Shown here: positions 12,936 through 24,581 of the stretch, in pieces | Layout: the number at the start of each line of letters is the position of its first letter | Numbering within the stretch: the stretch's first letter is position 1 | Notes under the pieces: model-generated | The model's input: the letters and a program-made list of their open reading frames with translations, nothing else | Database searches by the model: none | Told to the model about the DNA's origin: nothing | From: Psammoneis japonica | Lineage: Eukaryota | Assembly (NCBI GenBank): GCA_008632985.1 | Contig: QPGO01000032.1 | Span: forward strand, 307,330-371,329 | Reading direction: 5' to 3' | DNA length: 64,000 bases | Position numbers and translations under genes: made by a program

Positions 12936-14343
12936 ATGGCGACCGCCCCCGAAGTCACCACCGTACCCGCAGATGTTGCCGAAATGACCCTCAAGGATCA
13001 ACCCGAGACGATAGAGAAGGGTCTCGAAACACAAGTCAGCGACGCAGCTTCTGCTGCTTCATCGCCTCCCTCGTCGGAGAATACCGGTCCCAACTTTGGA
13101 AAAATTTCGTGGGACATTTGCGATCGTCTCCGCTGCGAATCGTGTGGTCACGCGGTATCGGCTCCCATCAAGCAATGCCGTTCCGGTCACGTGTTGTGCC
13201 TACTATGCTCCAACAAGGTTACCACCTGCCCCAACAAGGCGTGTGAAATTTCGCTCAAGGGAGACTTGTCCGTCAATACCAGTCTCGAGAAAATTGCAAA
13301 CGATGCCGGTGTCGTTTTGCCGTGTCGTTCCATACATTGTGATTGGCGTGTCCCGCTCAGGGATTTGGCGCGTCATGAAAAGTATTGCATGCTGATTCGC
13401 AAGGGTATTTTGAGTGCCAGTATTTATCCCGAAAAGGAAACAGAAGAATCGAAATTGGACCCCGATTTGATTGCCAAAGAGTCGATTCGTCAGGAATTAA
13501 ATTGCTCTCTTTGCAATCACGCCGCACCGGCACCCATTATGCAGTGTCGAAACGGACACGTACGTGCTATTATTGCCTGGGTAGGCTGGAAAAATTTGAA
13601 GACTCGTCGTGTCCGCTGTGCGAAGGACGGGATGATGCCGTGGTCCGCAATTTGCATCTCGAGGGCATGGCAAACGTGGCAGAAGTATGCGTGCCGTGTC
13701 GCAACAAGGGTTGTGACGTGACTGAAATTGCTCATAAGGACCTCAAGATCATTTGGAGGTTTGTGAACATCAACCCATCAAGTGTATTCATTGCAACATG
13801 AAAAACAGCGACCAAGTGGAAGTATCTTTTGAGAATTGGGATGCCATGTGGGAACACTACAAAGAGGAGCATTTACAGTCCTTTCCCGCCGTGTCGCTGG
13901 ATAAGTTGGTTGTGACATCAAGCAAAATTAAGTCGGTCATGAGCACCGAAAAGGGTCTAGGTTTCTTTTCGTGGAATCACTGCCTGGATCCAGCCACGGG
14001 ACAGGCCGTTCCCATATTCCCCGGGTTGCTGTATCACAAGCCACAGGATGCCTTTTACTTTTCGGTTCGCATCATGGGACCACTGGATTCCAACCAGTTT
14101 TACCAGTTGCGTGTCAAGCCCCATGATTCTGCTGAAGCCCCGCTCGCCGTGGAGGCTTGTCTGCCGCCCACGTCGTACCGCGTGGGATATTTGGACGAGG
14201 CTAGTTTGGCAACGGCGGCCAAATTGCTTCAAGCTGGACCTTGTCTGGTCCTTTCGAGACCCACTCTGGAACACATGTTGTCTGTGTCGTCAGACGGTGG
14301 TCTACTGTTTTCCGTTTGCCCAGTAAAAAGCGAAAGTGCATGA
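12936..14343 (+). CDS. SINA/SIAH-like E3 ubiquitin ligase with duplicated RING plus Zn-finger module; frameshifts near 13560 and 13750
   Basis: CESC...PIKQCRSGHVLCLLC...CP and CSLC...PIMQCRNGH...CPLC...RNLHLE, each followed by PC...C...H...C. Confidence 0.8.
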
Positions 14344-14800
14344 ATTACATAGTGCATTGTAGTAATTAGAGGCCGTGCTGTTTTCGGATAGAGTGGATAA
14401 ATAATACAGACAGCAGCGGTTTCTCTACTGAAGTTTACTACAGCTAGAGAGAAAACTGAATATCATGTTTAATAGTCTTGGTACTTGTCTCGTCTAGCGG
14501 AGGCCTCCCGTAAAAAGAAGGAAGGTTTGCGCCACAGAAATTTCTTACCTTACTTCTTTGCTGATTGTAATCTTGTGCCAAATCTACCTCCACGGAGCTG
14601 TTTGTAGAAAGAAAGGAACTAATCCCTATAGCTCATTCGGAGAGCTTCACACCGAGATCCTCTTGCCATAGCTGATGCTCAACAGAGACATACCATAGAG
14701 TGTTTAGCTAGAAATGAGCTAGAATCTACAGAGATACTGTCTAGACAGAAATGAACTTGAATCTACGTATGGCGCGGCCAACCTGTCGGGAAAAACAAAC

Positions 14801-16137
14801 TCAATCATGTTCATCTTCTGATGCATAATCGTTGTCACTCGCATTTCATATGTTTCACTTTGTTCACTCTCGTCGTCGTCATCATTTTCTTCTGATGCAC
14901 AATCGTTGTCACTCGCATTGACATAGGTCTCACTATGTTCACTCTCGTCGTCGTCATCATCTTCTGATTCAAAATCGTTGTCACTCGCATTGTCATCGGT
15001 CTCACTTTTTTCACTCTTGTCATCATCCATGCTCAACAAATCAGTCTCCATCTCTGACTCTGATGGCCACTCATACTGGTCCTCGGCCTCGGCGATAGCT
15101 TGATCCATTGTTTGAAAGTCATTCGTCAACCAGAAAGTTCCGTACACTCGGTTGGGAGCTTTACTTCCGACAAGAGAGAGTGCGGCATTTTCAATTTGCC
15201 CGGGAACCACAGTATGCACATACGCCAATCTACCATCAGGACAACACTCGCACGTGGTGACAGTGGGGTGTGGCGGTACCGTTCGTATGGTCTGATTGAA
15301 AGCCAGTCGACGACGCTTGAATTGACCATTTACGTACCTGGGTTTGTCATGAAGCAATTCAAGGCACGCCGGGCGAATCAGCTGCATAATAAGTTGAACT
15401 ACGAAAGCCCATGCCCAGTCGTACACTTCGTTATCCATTCGTGCCACACTTGCGCGATGGGACAGCCGACGAATGATGCGTTCACGGAGGAGGTCATCAT
15501 TGTCACCTAGTAACTCCGACGCGTGTTCTAAAGTCAATATTGGGTACGAACCATTATACCTCAACCCATTTGGTTCGGCAACAAACTCTCGCTCAAACAA
15601 GTCGTGGTGACAAAAATACCGTTTCGTCAATACTGGATACAAACCAGTGGCCTCCGCAAGTTCAACCGGAATCTCGTATGTCTTTTGAAAAGCAAGAACC
15701 ATATGTGCCTGTACAAGCGCTGCCAATACGTAGAGTGTGTCACCTCGAAACAGGAATCGGTGGTGGTTAAGTTCAACAGGGTGCTGTTGAAGATTGAGCA
15801 AACTAGGGCCTCGGTCGGAAAGAATCGAGTGGACCAGATCATTCCACCCAACCGCGCCAAGCTCGTCGACGAGTATGTTGAGTCCGCGTTTCTTCTCCCT
15901 GCGAATCGCTTTGATCGCCGTTCTCGCACAAGCACGATCGCGGTTGGACTGCAACCTGACATCCTCTCCAAGAATCTCCTTATTGTCAAGATGCTTCCAT
16001 GTCATGTCGTCGCCGACGATTTGACGAAGTGTTCTGCACGTCCGCTCACACCGAAGTAACGTCTTGGTGTCGCGGGCTGCAAGGATCAGTATCTTCCGGA
16101 TAAGTTCTACCGGGAGCGCTTCAAAGAGGCTTGACAT
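14801..16137 (-). CDS. F-box protein with H3-like and H4-like histone-fold segments and an acidic repeat tail
   Basis: F-box LFEALPVELIRKIL...RTCRTLRQIV...W; histone-like blocks described in findings. Stop is probably 14801 once one A is restored in the third tail repeat; the ORF track reads on to 14719. Confidence 0.75.
14803..15020 (-). repeat. Three coding tandem copies of ~72 bp (acidic SETxxNASDND repeat)
   Basis: aatcgttgtcactcgcatt recurs at ~14828, ~14901 and ~14973. Confidence 0.9.
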
Positions 16138-16500
16138 GATCAAAAGTCTTGTCCAGTCCTAGAGACGTGTCTTCTTTACGAAATATAGTATGGTGGCGAC
16201 AGCAACGTTGACTGTTGTCGTCCCGGCTATCGCTGTCATTGCCGGGCATGAGAATGAAGACGAAACATCAAAAATCGCGCGGGCGGCGCGGGAAATTTTG
16301 TGGGTGGAAGCAGGTCCGCCTACCTTTGAAAATTTGCGTTTTTGCCTGTCCTTCGCTCACGGCGACAAAAGGCGAGCTGGCATTTTCTACGTAGATCCTA
16401 CGTAAAGTAATACCACAAATCGGCACGCGAAAATCCATGCAAGCCATTTCGATCGCGGCACTCCGACAAACACGGATATATCCAACAAAGCAGAGAGACC

Positions 16501-18159
16501 ATGGCGGAAGAAGAGCAGGCAGCACCCAAGGCACCGGTACGTGGTATGACATTGTATTTTGAGTGACATGGAGAAATAGAGTTGAAACGCTGGGCAACAG
16601 ATGTGGTTGTACCAACATGCCCATGGGCGAATGTGATAGTCATACCACGACACGTAGACTCCGGTACAAATTCTACGCGACAACCCGGACATATCTGCCC
16701 TTCATGACTGAAAAATGAGAAAGATACCGACCATGGGATTTTGAACGATCTTTCTGTTACTCATGACTTACAGTATGTATGTTTCCCCCATACTGCAGAC
16801 CTTTGATTGGCTCCCAGAGGGATGGAAGCGTTGGCGACGGCGAATACGACGCGATTGTCATGGGAACGGGTCTCAAGGAATGTGTGATCTCTGGTCTACT
16901 TAGTGTTCAGGGAAAGAAAATCCTCCAGGTGGACCGTAACTCGTACTATGGCGGTGATGGAGCCTCGCTTAACCTTACCAATCTCTTTGAAAAGTTTAAC
17001 GCGGGTCAGGTTCCCTCCAATCTGGGCCAGAACCGCGATTACAATGTGGATCTTATCCCCAAGTTTATCATGGCTTGCGGCAACCTCACCAAAATGTTGC
17101 TTCACACCAAGGTGACTCGTTACTTGGAGTTCAAGTCGGTTGCCGGGTCCTACGTGTACAACGACGAAAAGATTCTCAAGGTTCCTGCGACACCCGAGGA
17201 AGCCCTTCGGTCGCCACTCATGGGACTTTTCGAAAAGCGCCGTTTCCGTAAGTTTCTGCTCTACATTGACCAGTACGAGGAGAACAAACCCGAGACGCAC
17301 GAGGGGCGTGACTTGACTAGAATGACCATGCGTGAGCTCTACACCGAGTTTGGTCTTGTGGATGCGACTCACCAATTCATTTCCCACGCCATGTGCCTCG
17401 AGTTGGACGAAACCCACATGGACAAACCCGCTCTCCCCACGGTGAAGAATCTTCAGACGTATTGCTACTCGCTCTCGAGGTACGGTACCTCGCCGTACAT
17501 TTACCCGGTGTACGGTTTGGGTGGACTGCCCGAGGGCTTTTCTCGCATTTGCGCGATTCACGGTGGTACCTTTATGCTCAACCAGGACGTGGACGAGATC
17601 CTGTTTAACGAGTCGGGTGCTGCCTATGGCATCAAGGCTGGCAACCAAATGGCCAAGGCCAACATGGTGATTGGTGATCCCTCCTACTTCCCCAAGGAGA
17701 AGGTCCGCCCCACTGGACTTGTGGTGAGGTGCATTTGCATCCTCAACCACCCCATTCCAAACACCAACAACAGCGAGAGTGTCCAAATCGTCATTCCCGG
17801 TCCTCAGGTGGGACGTGTCAATGATGTCTTTGTTGCTGCATGGGCCACACGCTCCAAGTGTCGGCTCCCGGCATTTACATTGCCATTGTTTCGACTCGTG
17901 TCGAAAGGAACAGCCCGACCAGGACGTGGCGCCTGGTCTCAAGCTGTTGGGACCCATTTTGCAGCGCTTTACCAGTGTCCAAACCACGTACGAGCCAGTC
18001 GAGGACGGTGGCAAGGACAAGTGCTACATTTCCAAGTCGTTTGACGCGACCTCGCACTTTGAGGCGGACTGTGACGACTTTTTGTCCCTGTACAAGCGGG
18101 TTACCGGAACGGACCTTGACATGAGCATTAGTGCCGATTCGGTCGAGGGAGACTACTAG
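16501..18159 (+). CDS. GDI: Rab GDP-dissociation inhibitor; exon 1 16501-16536, intron 16537-16798; apparent small deletions near 16830, 17832 and 17905
   Basis: EYDAIVMGTGLKEC, DRNSYYGG, RDYNVDLIPKF, SPYIYPVYGLGGLPEGFSR, GGTFMLN, SFDATSHFE. Confidence 0.97.
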
Positions 18160-18305
18160 ATGACAATGGTGCACGAGATGTTTCATTCCCTTGCTTGCGC
18201 GGGATACCTTTGTACTCCAATCTCGCTGTGAGATCTTAGTTTTTCTAGAGAGGATAAAACTGTATGTTTAGTTTCAGTATGATAGTAGCGATTTCCAATT
18301 ATCGT

Positions 18306-19064
18306 TAGCGCAGTTTCGAGCCTCTTCCTCTGCTGCCACGTCCGCTGCTACTTCCCCTCCACGATCTTCCGCCTCGGCCGCGCCCTCCTCTCGACATGGA
18401 CACCGGTTTCAGACCTGTTACTTTTTCGGCTTCCAAGGCGGCCAACTCGGATTCTGCCTTTAATATCTCTTGTGCATTGCCTTTGCCTTGGCTTGCTCCA
18501 CACGTTCCTTGGCGTTTTGAATCTTGGACTGCTTGGAATCCTTTTGATTCGATTCTTCTTGCGCCAAGGCTTTTTCAACGCAAGCACGGCATTTTGATTT
18601 CCCCTCACCTTTGGACCACTGATTTCTATTGAATGACGAGCAATTTAGTGATTGAGAGCAAATGCACACACACGACTTTCTTCCGATTCACCCGTGTTTG
18701 TTTTGGCTTTTAGCTTGGCAGCGTCCCGTTCCTTTTGTTGTTGTTCTGCCACACATTTTTTGCACTTGAGTGGACCTCCGTCCTTTCTGTACCGTTCCAA
18801 GGCCTAGAGTATATGTTCAATAATATTAGAAATGGTTAACAACTCATTAAGACTCTTCTGATGTTACAGTAGCAGCTTGGGAAGTACTGTATGACATTCT
18901 GTGGCAAAGCTCTACGGGAATGCATGCCGGCAGGACGCCGAATCACGTTGAGAAAAACATCGACTTGCCTTTTTCGAGAATTCATCTCCAACTAATCGTT
19001 TCCTTCGACAGAAGCTACAATCAAACTGCCCTGCCCACTTTTCTGTCACTACTGGCGTCGACAT
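18306..19064 (-). CDS. Stc1-like tandem Zn-ribbon protein with RGG tail; GC-AG intron 18804-18968; frameshifts, 3' end approximate
   Basis: CSFC...EFSKK|ALER...LKCKKC and C.ICSQ...SFNRNQWSKG...KCRAC, ending SRGGRGRGGR. Confidence 0.75.
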
Positions 19065-19535
19065 GACGCTATTCTCTTGCTCCAACACCCAACAAAAAGA
19101 GCGGACACAGTTGGCTTGCTCTGTGTGCTGTGTACTGTGTGTTTGTGTTTTTGTCGGCGGCAGTTTCTGAGCGAAAATTCACAACGACGCCCGAAATTCC
19201 ACATTCCTCCATCCGCGACAATGACACTTGGCATGCAACTACTTCTACCGGTATTACGGGTAGGGTCTAGAGGGTACTTCTACTCTATAGCTAGAGGCCA
19301 TCTTCTTGAGTCCACAACAACGTTTGTACCGGTAGCGACTCAGGAATTCGAATGTTAATGACTTTGGAGGGCGCCTCGTGCCCTTGGTTTATAAGCTTGT
19401 TGACGGTAGGCGAAGAGCACCGTCATGACAAGCGCAATTACACAACCCATTCGATATTTTGCGTGTGCCTTCACAATGCTTTTTGAAGTATTACGTGCAC
19501 GAGAATAGAAATCATCGATGAGTGTGATCAGGTCG

Positions 19536-20915
19536 TCACGTTTGGCACTTTGCGTTCAGCTTGTGTACAATGTCTTTGCCACGTACGAGACCTTCTTGAT
19601 CCGCTTGCTTCAAAGCATCCCAGAGCTTAAAATCCATCCAATATGCCTTCTTAACTATTGCCATTAGCTCATCGGTATAATACTGGTCAAGCTTGCGAGC
19701 TGTCTGTCTATGATGCACTCCGACAACACCCTTGTGCTGTTGGAAGCCGACAATTGTACCTTTGTCTTTGTGCAACGACGGCGGACGCATTGCGTAGATC
19801 GATTCATTAGAAGGCTTTTTCCTTTCTTCTCGATAATGCTTTCCAAATGACTTCCATAGACCCACTTGCTCTAATAGTTTCTTGGTGTGATAATCTGCAC
19901 GGTCCATGGTAGCCACATAGTTAAAGTTAGGCATGAACTCCGACAAGCCACAAGACCATGCTTGTGGTCGCCAATGTACATCGCTGTACCAAGATACTCC
20001 AGTCTTTACATGAGTTTCACGGTTGGGCACCTCGGTAATGTTGGGCGAGGTCACGAGATTCACAAATTCTTCAAACGTTACATTCTTTCGCCCAAAAAAG
20101 TGTTCTTCGTTCTTCACCTTGTCAAGATACGCCGACAGCAACCGCTCGGCAGGATGACGAATAAAGACGGCCTTGGTCCACGAAGGATCAAAGAAGACTT
20201 GTCTCTGTACACTTGGTCGCATGATATCGAGATGGAATAGATCCTTGTCCTTCTTCACCCATGGCAAGCTCTGGTAGTCTTTTGCACCGATTGTGAATCG
20301 CAGAAACTGAATCCATTGAGTGATCCCGACCTTTGGTATACCGCAAAAAGCTAATTTTCCTTGAGGAAAAACAATCATACGATCATAAGGACCAGAACCG
20401 CCTTCCATGCTAAACCGACTGCACCCAAAAGGAAAGAGCTCCTCCATGGCAGGTGGTGTAGAGTTGGTATTTCCCATCATCGACTGACACCATTTCATCG
20501 GCGGCTCCAGTCTATCATTTGCTTCTTTGCATTGCTTCTTGAGGCTTGACAAGTCCGACTTTTGCAATTTCCATTTTCGAAAAAAGTCAGCTTCCTCACG
20601 GGTGGCAAAGGGATAGACACTGCTGTTGCATGCTTTTTCCGTAAAGCACGTACTCGTCCAATGCTGTTCTTCGCAACAGGCTTGGAATGAGATCGGGTGT
20701 AAAGCCTCTGGTAGATTCCTGTACTCCGACAATAAAATATGATCGTCTCTTATCCTTTCAGTATCATCGGTCTTTGTTTTTCCCATTATTACAAAAAAAT
20801 TCAACATGCACATTGCCACCAACAGCGCCATCACGCCTGCAAATAGCAAGCATCGCTTCGGCCTTCTTATTGCGTGCTTCCCATTCTTTCTTCGCCTGGC
20901 ATGCCCAGAAATCAT
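19536..20915 (-). CDS. Golgi-type carbohydrate sulfotransferase (Sulfotransfer_2 family)
   Basis: Type II anchor; FCGIPKVGITQW (5'-PSB), FIRHPAERLLSAYLDK (3'-PB), DVHWRPQ. Confidence 0.9.
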   Translation of the reverse strand: MISGHARRRKNGKHAIRRPKRCLLFAGVMALLVAMCMLNFFVIMGKTKTDDTERIRDDHILLSEYRNLPEALHPISFQACCEEQHWTSTCFTEKACNSSVYPFATREEADFFRKWKLQKSDLSSLKKQCKEANDRLEPPMKWCQSMMGNTNSTPPAMEELFPFGCSRFSMEGGSGPYDRMIVFPQGKLAFCGIPKVGITQWIQFLRFTIGAKDYQSLPWVKKDKDLFHLDIMRPSVQRQVFFDPSWTKAVFIRHPAERLLSAYLDKVKNEEHFFGRKNVTFEEFVNLVTSPNITEVPNRETHVKTGVSWYSDVHWRPQAWSCGLSEFMPNFNYVATMDRADYHTKKLLEQVGLWKSFGKHYREERKKPSNESIYAMRPPSLHKDKGTIVGFQQHKGVVGVHHRQTARKLDQYYTDELMAIVKKAYWMDFKLWDALKQADQEGLVRGKDIVHKLNAKCQT

Positions 20916-21096
20916 TAAAGGCAGATTATATTATGATGTCATTCATGAAGGAAGCCACTCATTTCCAGCTCATCTCAGCTCTCAGCGCCATTGCCAGACT
21001 GGGATGATAGCGGCATGCGGCATCGGCAATCGGCATCTTTGGAAGTCGGGTTAGTTATCTGTGTTGGGCGGCTGAGGTTTTCAACGCGTCTTCCGA

Positions 21097-21178
21097 TCTA
21101 TCTATCTATCTATCTATCTCATCTCTCTATTCTACAGTAGGGCCTACCTACCTACCTATCTATCTATCTATCTATCTA
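21097..21178. repeat. Compound (CTAT)n/(CTAC)n microsatellite
   Basis: tctatctatctatctatctatc...cctacctacctacctatctatctatctatctatc. Confidence 0.95.
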
Positions 21179-21449
21179 AGGGCTATCGAGCAAGTGTTTT
21201 CTTTGATTATCAATCTATCGAGAGTTCTTAGAACGCGAGTTCCGCGAAAGGGGCACATAATAACACGGAAAAACACAGAGGTATGTGGCTGCGTTTGAGT
21301 TCTGACAAGCAAAAAACCACGATGCAAAAGAGCAGGGAGGTTGGGCAGTGACCAAAGGCTTTATTATTAAACTTAGCAAAAGAGTTTGCTGGATCAGACA
21401 TTGAATCCTTCAACCTAAGACCACTGCAGCATAGCGTTTCGCCCGCTCT

Positions 21450-22092
21450 CTAGGAGGACCCTTCGGAGCTGGATGAAAGAGGAATCTCCACCGCTTCTTC
21501 TGCGACCTTGACAAAGTCTGCAAGCGCTGCTACTGTCGATTTGTACGGCTCTGAAAGCTGTTCAGGTGTAATATCTCGTCCTCTAATGCCCAAACTCGCC
21601 ACACTATCCATTTGCTCCAAAGACTGGATAAAGCTCTTGTACGAGCTGTTCAGCTTGTCCGCATCCGGCCCGTCCTCTCCCCCACGAATAATCACAAAGC
21701 AATTCTTTCGAATTTCCGAAAGCGGCGTTACACGAACAGCTTCTTTGAGTTCTTGAAATTGCGAGTTTACCACGTACAATTCTATCGAGTCGAGTTGCTT
21801 CTGAGCACGCTTCACGTTCCTCAAGGCGATGTTGAAGCCACCTTGTTTGTAACGTCGGCCGAGGCCACGGATGGCGCGCCCACCGCCACAAAGGCAGCAG
21901 ACGTCAGCCCAACAAACTTTTAGAAATCCACTCTCGACGCGATGACGCCATTTCGCAAGCGGTCGTTGTTCCCATGATTCTTGGTTGATTTGGTGTGAAA
22001 CCAGCGACTGGTGAAATGGACGTGCTCAGCAGCACGAAAGCAATCGCGCAGATTCCTGTCTCCAAGATTTGCTGTTTAAGATGGTTCGACAT
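21450..22092 (-). CDS. Plastid thylakoid-lumen PsbQ-like protein; frameshifted
   Basis: Signal peptide ending VAG-F, twin-Arg SSRREW, Ala-rich lumen signal, then a helical domain (PLSEIRKN...YKSFIQSLEQMD). Confidence 0.65.
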
Positions 22093-23390
22093 TGTTATTT
22101 CTCTCTGTGCAGTGAATGATAAGTTGTGATTGCAACATTGTTCTCCTCTGCTCGCTGCCTCATTGTCGTAATGTCGGTGTCATGAAAGTACGTGGCGCGC
22201 AGTTTTTAGTCGAACGATTCAAAGGAGAAAGATACTGTGACGTCATCGAACAGCAACGGCAATGTCGCGCAAACATCAAACATACATCAGCAGTGTGTGT
22301 GACATGCGACGATGAGATTGCAGCGGCTGCTACGCCCGCTCCTAATCGCGTTGATTCCAGACCTAGTCTCGGCTTTAGTTGGGGTGAGAATCAGAAGTCG
22401 TCCTGAATGGAGCCAGTAGGCCTCGCAATCATGTGCCCGCAATCATGCCGTTGTCAATGGCGCTTGGGGATGTTACTGTGTCACTGACCAACCACTGGGT
22501 ATCATTCTTGAGGAAAAAGAAGCGGGAAAACCCGGTGTCATGGTGAATCACTGACAGACAATGGTTCCGCATCATGAGTGGAATGGTTGCACCGGGAGAT
22601 ATGCTCTTGCAGGTGAACGGGGAAGACGTTTCAAAAAGGTTTTTGATGATGTTATGAGCTTGCTTGGATCTGCACCTGACGAAGTACAGCTAACTTTAGG
22701 AGATGGTCTTGGAAGAATGGATATTGCCTCTAATCTGGCTAAACGGCTTTCTCCGGAAGATGCTCTACTGGCTGATGCTGTGGTTCGCGCTGCAGTGAGA
22801 GAGGTTCGTAAAATGGGAGTCTGGGTAATCTTCTCGGGTGGAGATTGTCATTGGTGCTGGTGTACAGGATAATGGAAAGCGATGTTTGGTGCGATTCTTT
22901 GCTATATTCTCAACCGATGGCGGCGGAACAACATATAGCTGCAACGTGTCAGCCACAGGAGTTCGAAAAAGGAATGATAGTCCGACAGAGATCGTGCCCT
23001 GTCCTGCGCAAAAGACGAGGGGCTTGGTCAAACCATTGATCTAATTATAGAGAATAAGCAATAGGGTAGTCATGGTGCTGGCAGCTCAGCTAGCGATATC
23101 TAGCTAGCTAGAGAGAGGTACCGTAGAACCATCTGTGATGATTGATGATGCTTGACGCACAGCTGGACGGCACCGTACGAGGTACAGACGCATCACAACC
23201 TTGAGCGGCGCGCGCGAAGTCGCGCTGAAGATGGGATCCCATTTCGAAAGAAATGTTAACCTACGTAGATGGATACACAATAAAAAGCAAAACGGCAGGT
23301 TGTGTCAAATTTGAAAGTCGAGCGACACGAACAAGCCGTCGCGTTGGTTTGGAACGGCTTCTGTTTTTCTGCGATTGAATTGGACTGAAA

Positions 23391-24423
23391 TGATGGCTCT
23401 CGATTTTTGCCGTGAAAATGTGAGGAACAATCTCATTAACAGACCAATAATGAAGATTGTAACGTACACTTCGTTGGTGATGGGCGTTTCGATGGTTATC
23501 TTGGTATCGATTCCCTTTCGTGCGAGAAAAACGGCGGATCTGTATAGCGTAGAGACAAAACCCGCGAGTTTAGAGTCATACAGGACACGATAAAGTCACT
23601 ACTGAAGGACATGAATGCAGACTTTGGAAATAATGCAACAAGGACTTGCCGAAGAAATCTTCAGCGACTTGCAAAGTACAAGCGAGTCTACAGAACTGTC
23701 GGATTGGTGAATTACTGTGTTGGAGAACGTTTTGAATTGCTTAGTAAGCTAACAAAATACAATCGAGAGTATTATGCCAGCAAATGGGGTTATGAAAACT
23801 TCTTTGGAAGCATCGACGAATTGCCGACACAAGCGTTATCACCCCACCCGCCTGGATAAAGGTTGTTTATCTTCACCAGCTGGTGTCGGATGCACGGAAT
23901 AGCGACAAGTTTGAATGGTTTCTTTGGATTGATTGCGATGCCTTGGTGGTAAAGTTTGACTATAGTGTGGATGATGTCCTGAAAAATGTGCTACCCGGCG
24001 TCCAACCTCACCACCATGTGGTCGTCGCGAAGACCCGAACGCTGCTTTCAATTGTGGCATTATGTTTATCCGTAACGTGATTGGTCTCGAGATCTCCTTA
24101 GCCGCGTCCTACAAACGGCTTCAAATGAACCATGCGAACGAACAAATGGTGGGAACAACAGCTTTTCTAGATTTGCACCAAGGAACACTCACGACGAACA
24201 ACGTCATTTCTACATTACACCCGATCGTCACACAATCAATGCCATGAGATCCGATCGCCGCAACGAATTCAATGAGTCGACGTCATTTATTTGGCATCGT
24301 ATCAATTGCCACAAGCACGCCTATTGTGATAACCGCAGTTTGGCTTTCTTCTGCGCTCACATGCCAAATGGTTCGTATCCGTCAGAAATCTGCGAAGATA
24401 TTGCACCTGGAACACCATGTTAG
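23391..24423 (+). pseudogene. GT34 (GMA12/MNN10-like) glycosyltransferase with many frameshifts; pseudogene or assembly error; ends approximate
   Basis: YNREYYASKWGY, WIK, FEWFLWIDCDALV, FNCGIMFIRN spread over different frames. Confidence 0.7.
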
Positions 24424-24581
24424 ACTCGAGCAGGCAGTTGATAGAGCTATTTCTCATTCTAGTAGAGTAGATTGTACTAGAGAAGTGTACCGTAGTGTAA
24501 GAAATTCTATGTCAATGATACCATAAAACTCGTAGACTACTAGCAGTACAGACTCGAAAACCGCGGGCTATCTCCCGCTAT

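Noticed and set aside
16896..18020. 374 aa antisense ORF
   Set aside because: Shadow of the strongly codon-biased Rab GDI on the opposite strand.
8753..19064. Functional ubiquitin/chromatin gene cluster (candidate DUB, SINA, F-box, Stc1-like)
   Set aside because: Interspersed with unrelated genes (EamA, GDI); no evidence of co-regulation from sequence alone.
21097..21178. Telomeric or regulatory repeat
   Set aside because: Simple internal tetranucleotide microsatellite, not TTAGGG-like.
22405..23044. Possible small gene between the PsbQ-like and GT34 genes
   Set aside because: Short ORF fragments with no recognisable motif; cannot be supported, though a frameshifted gene is possible.
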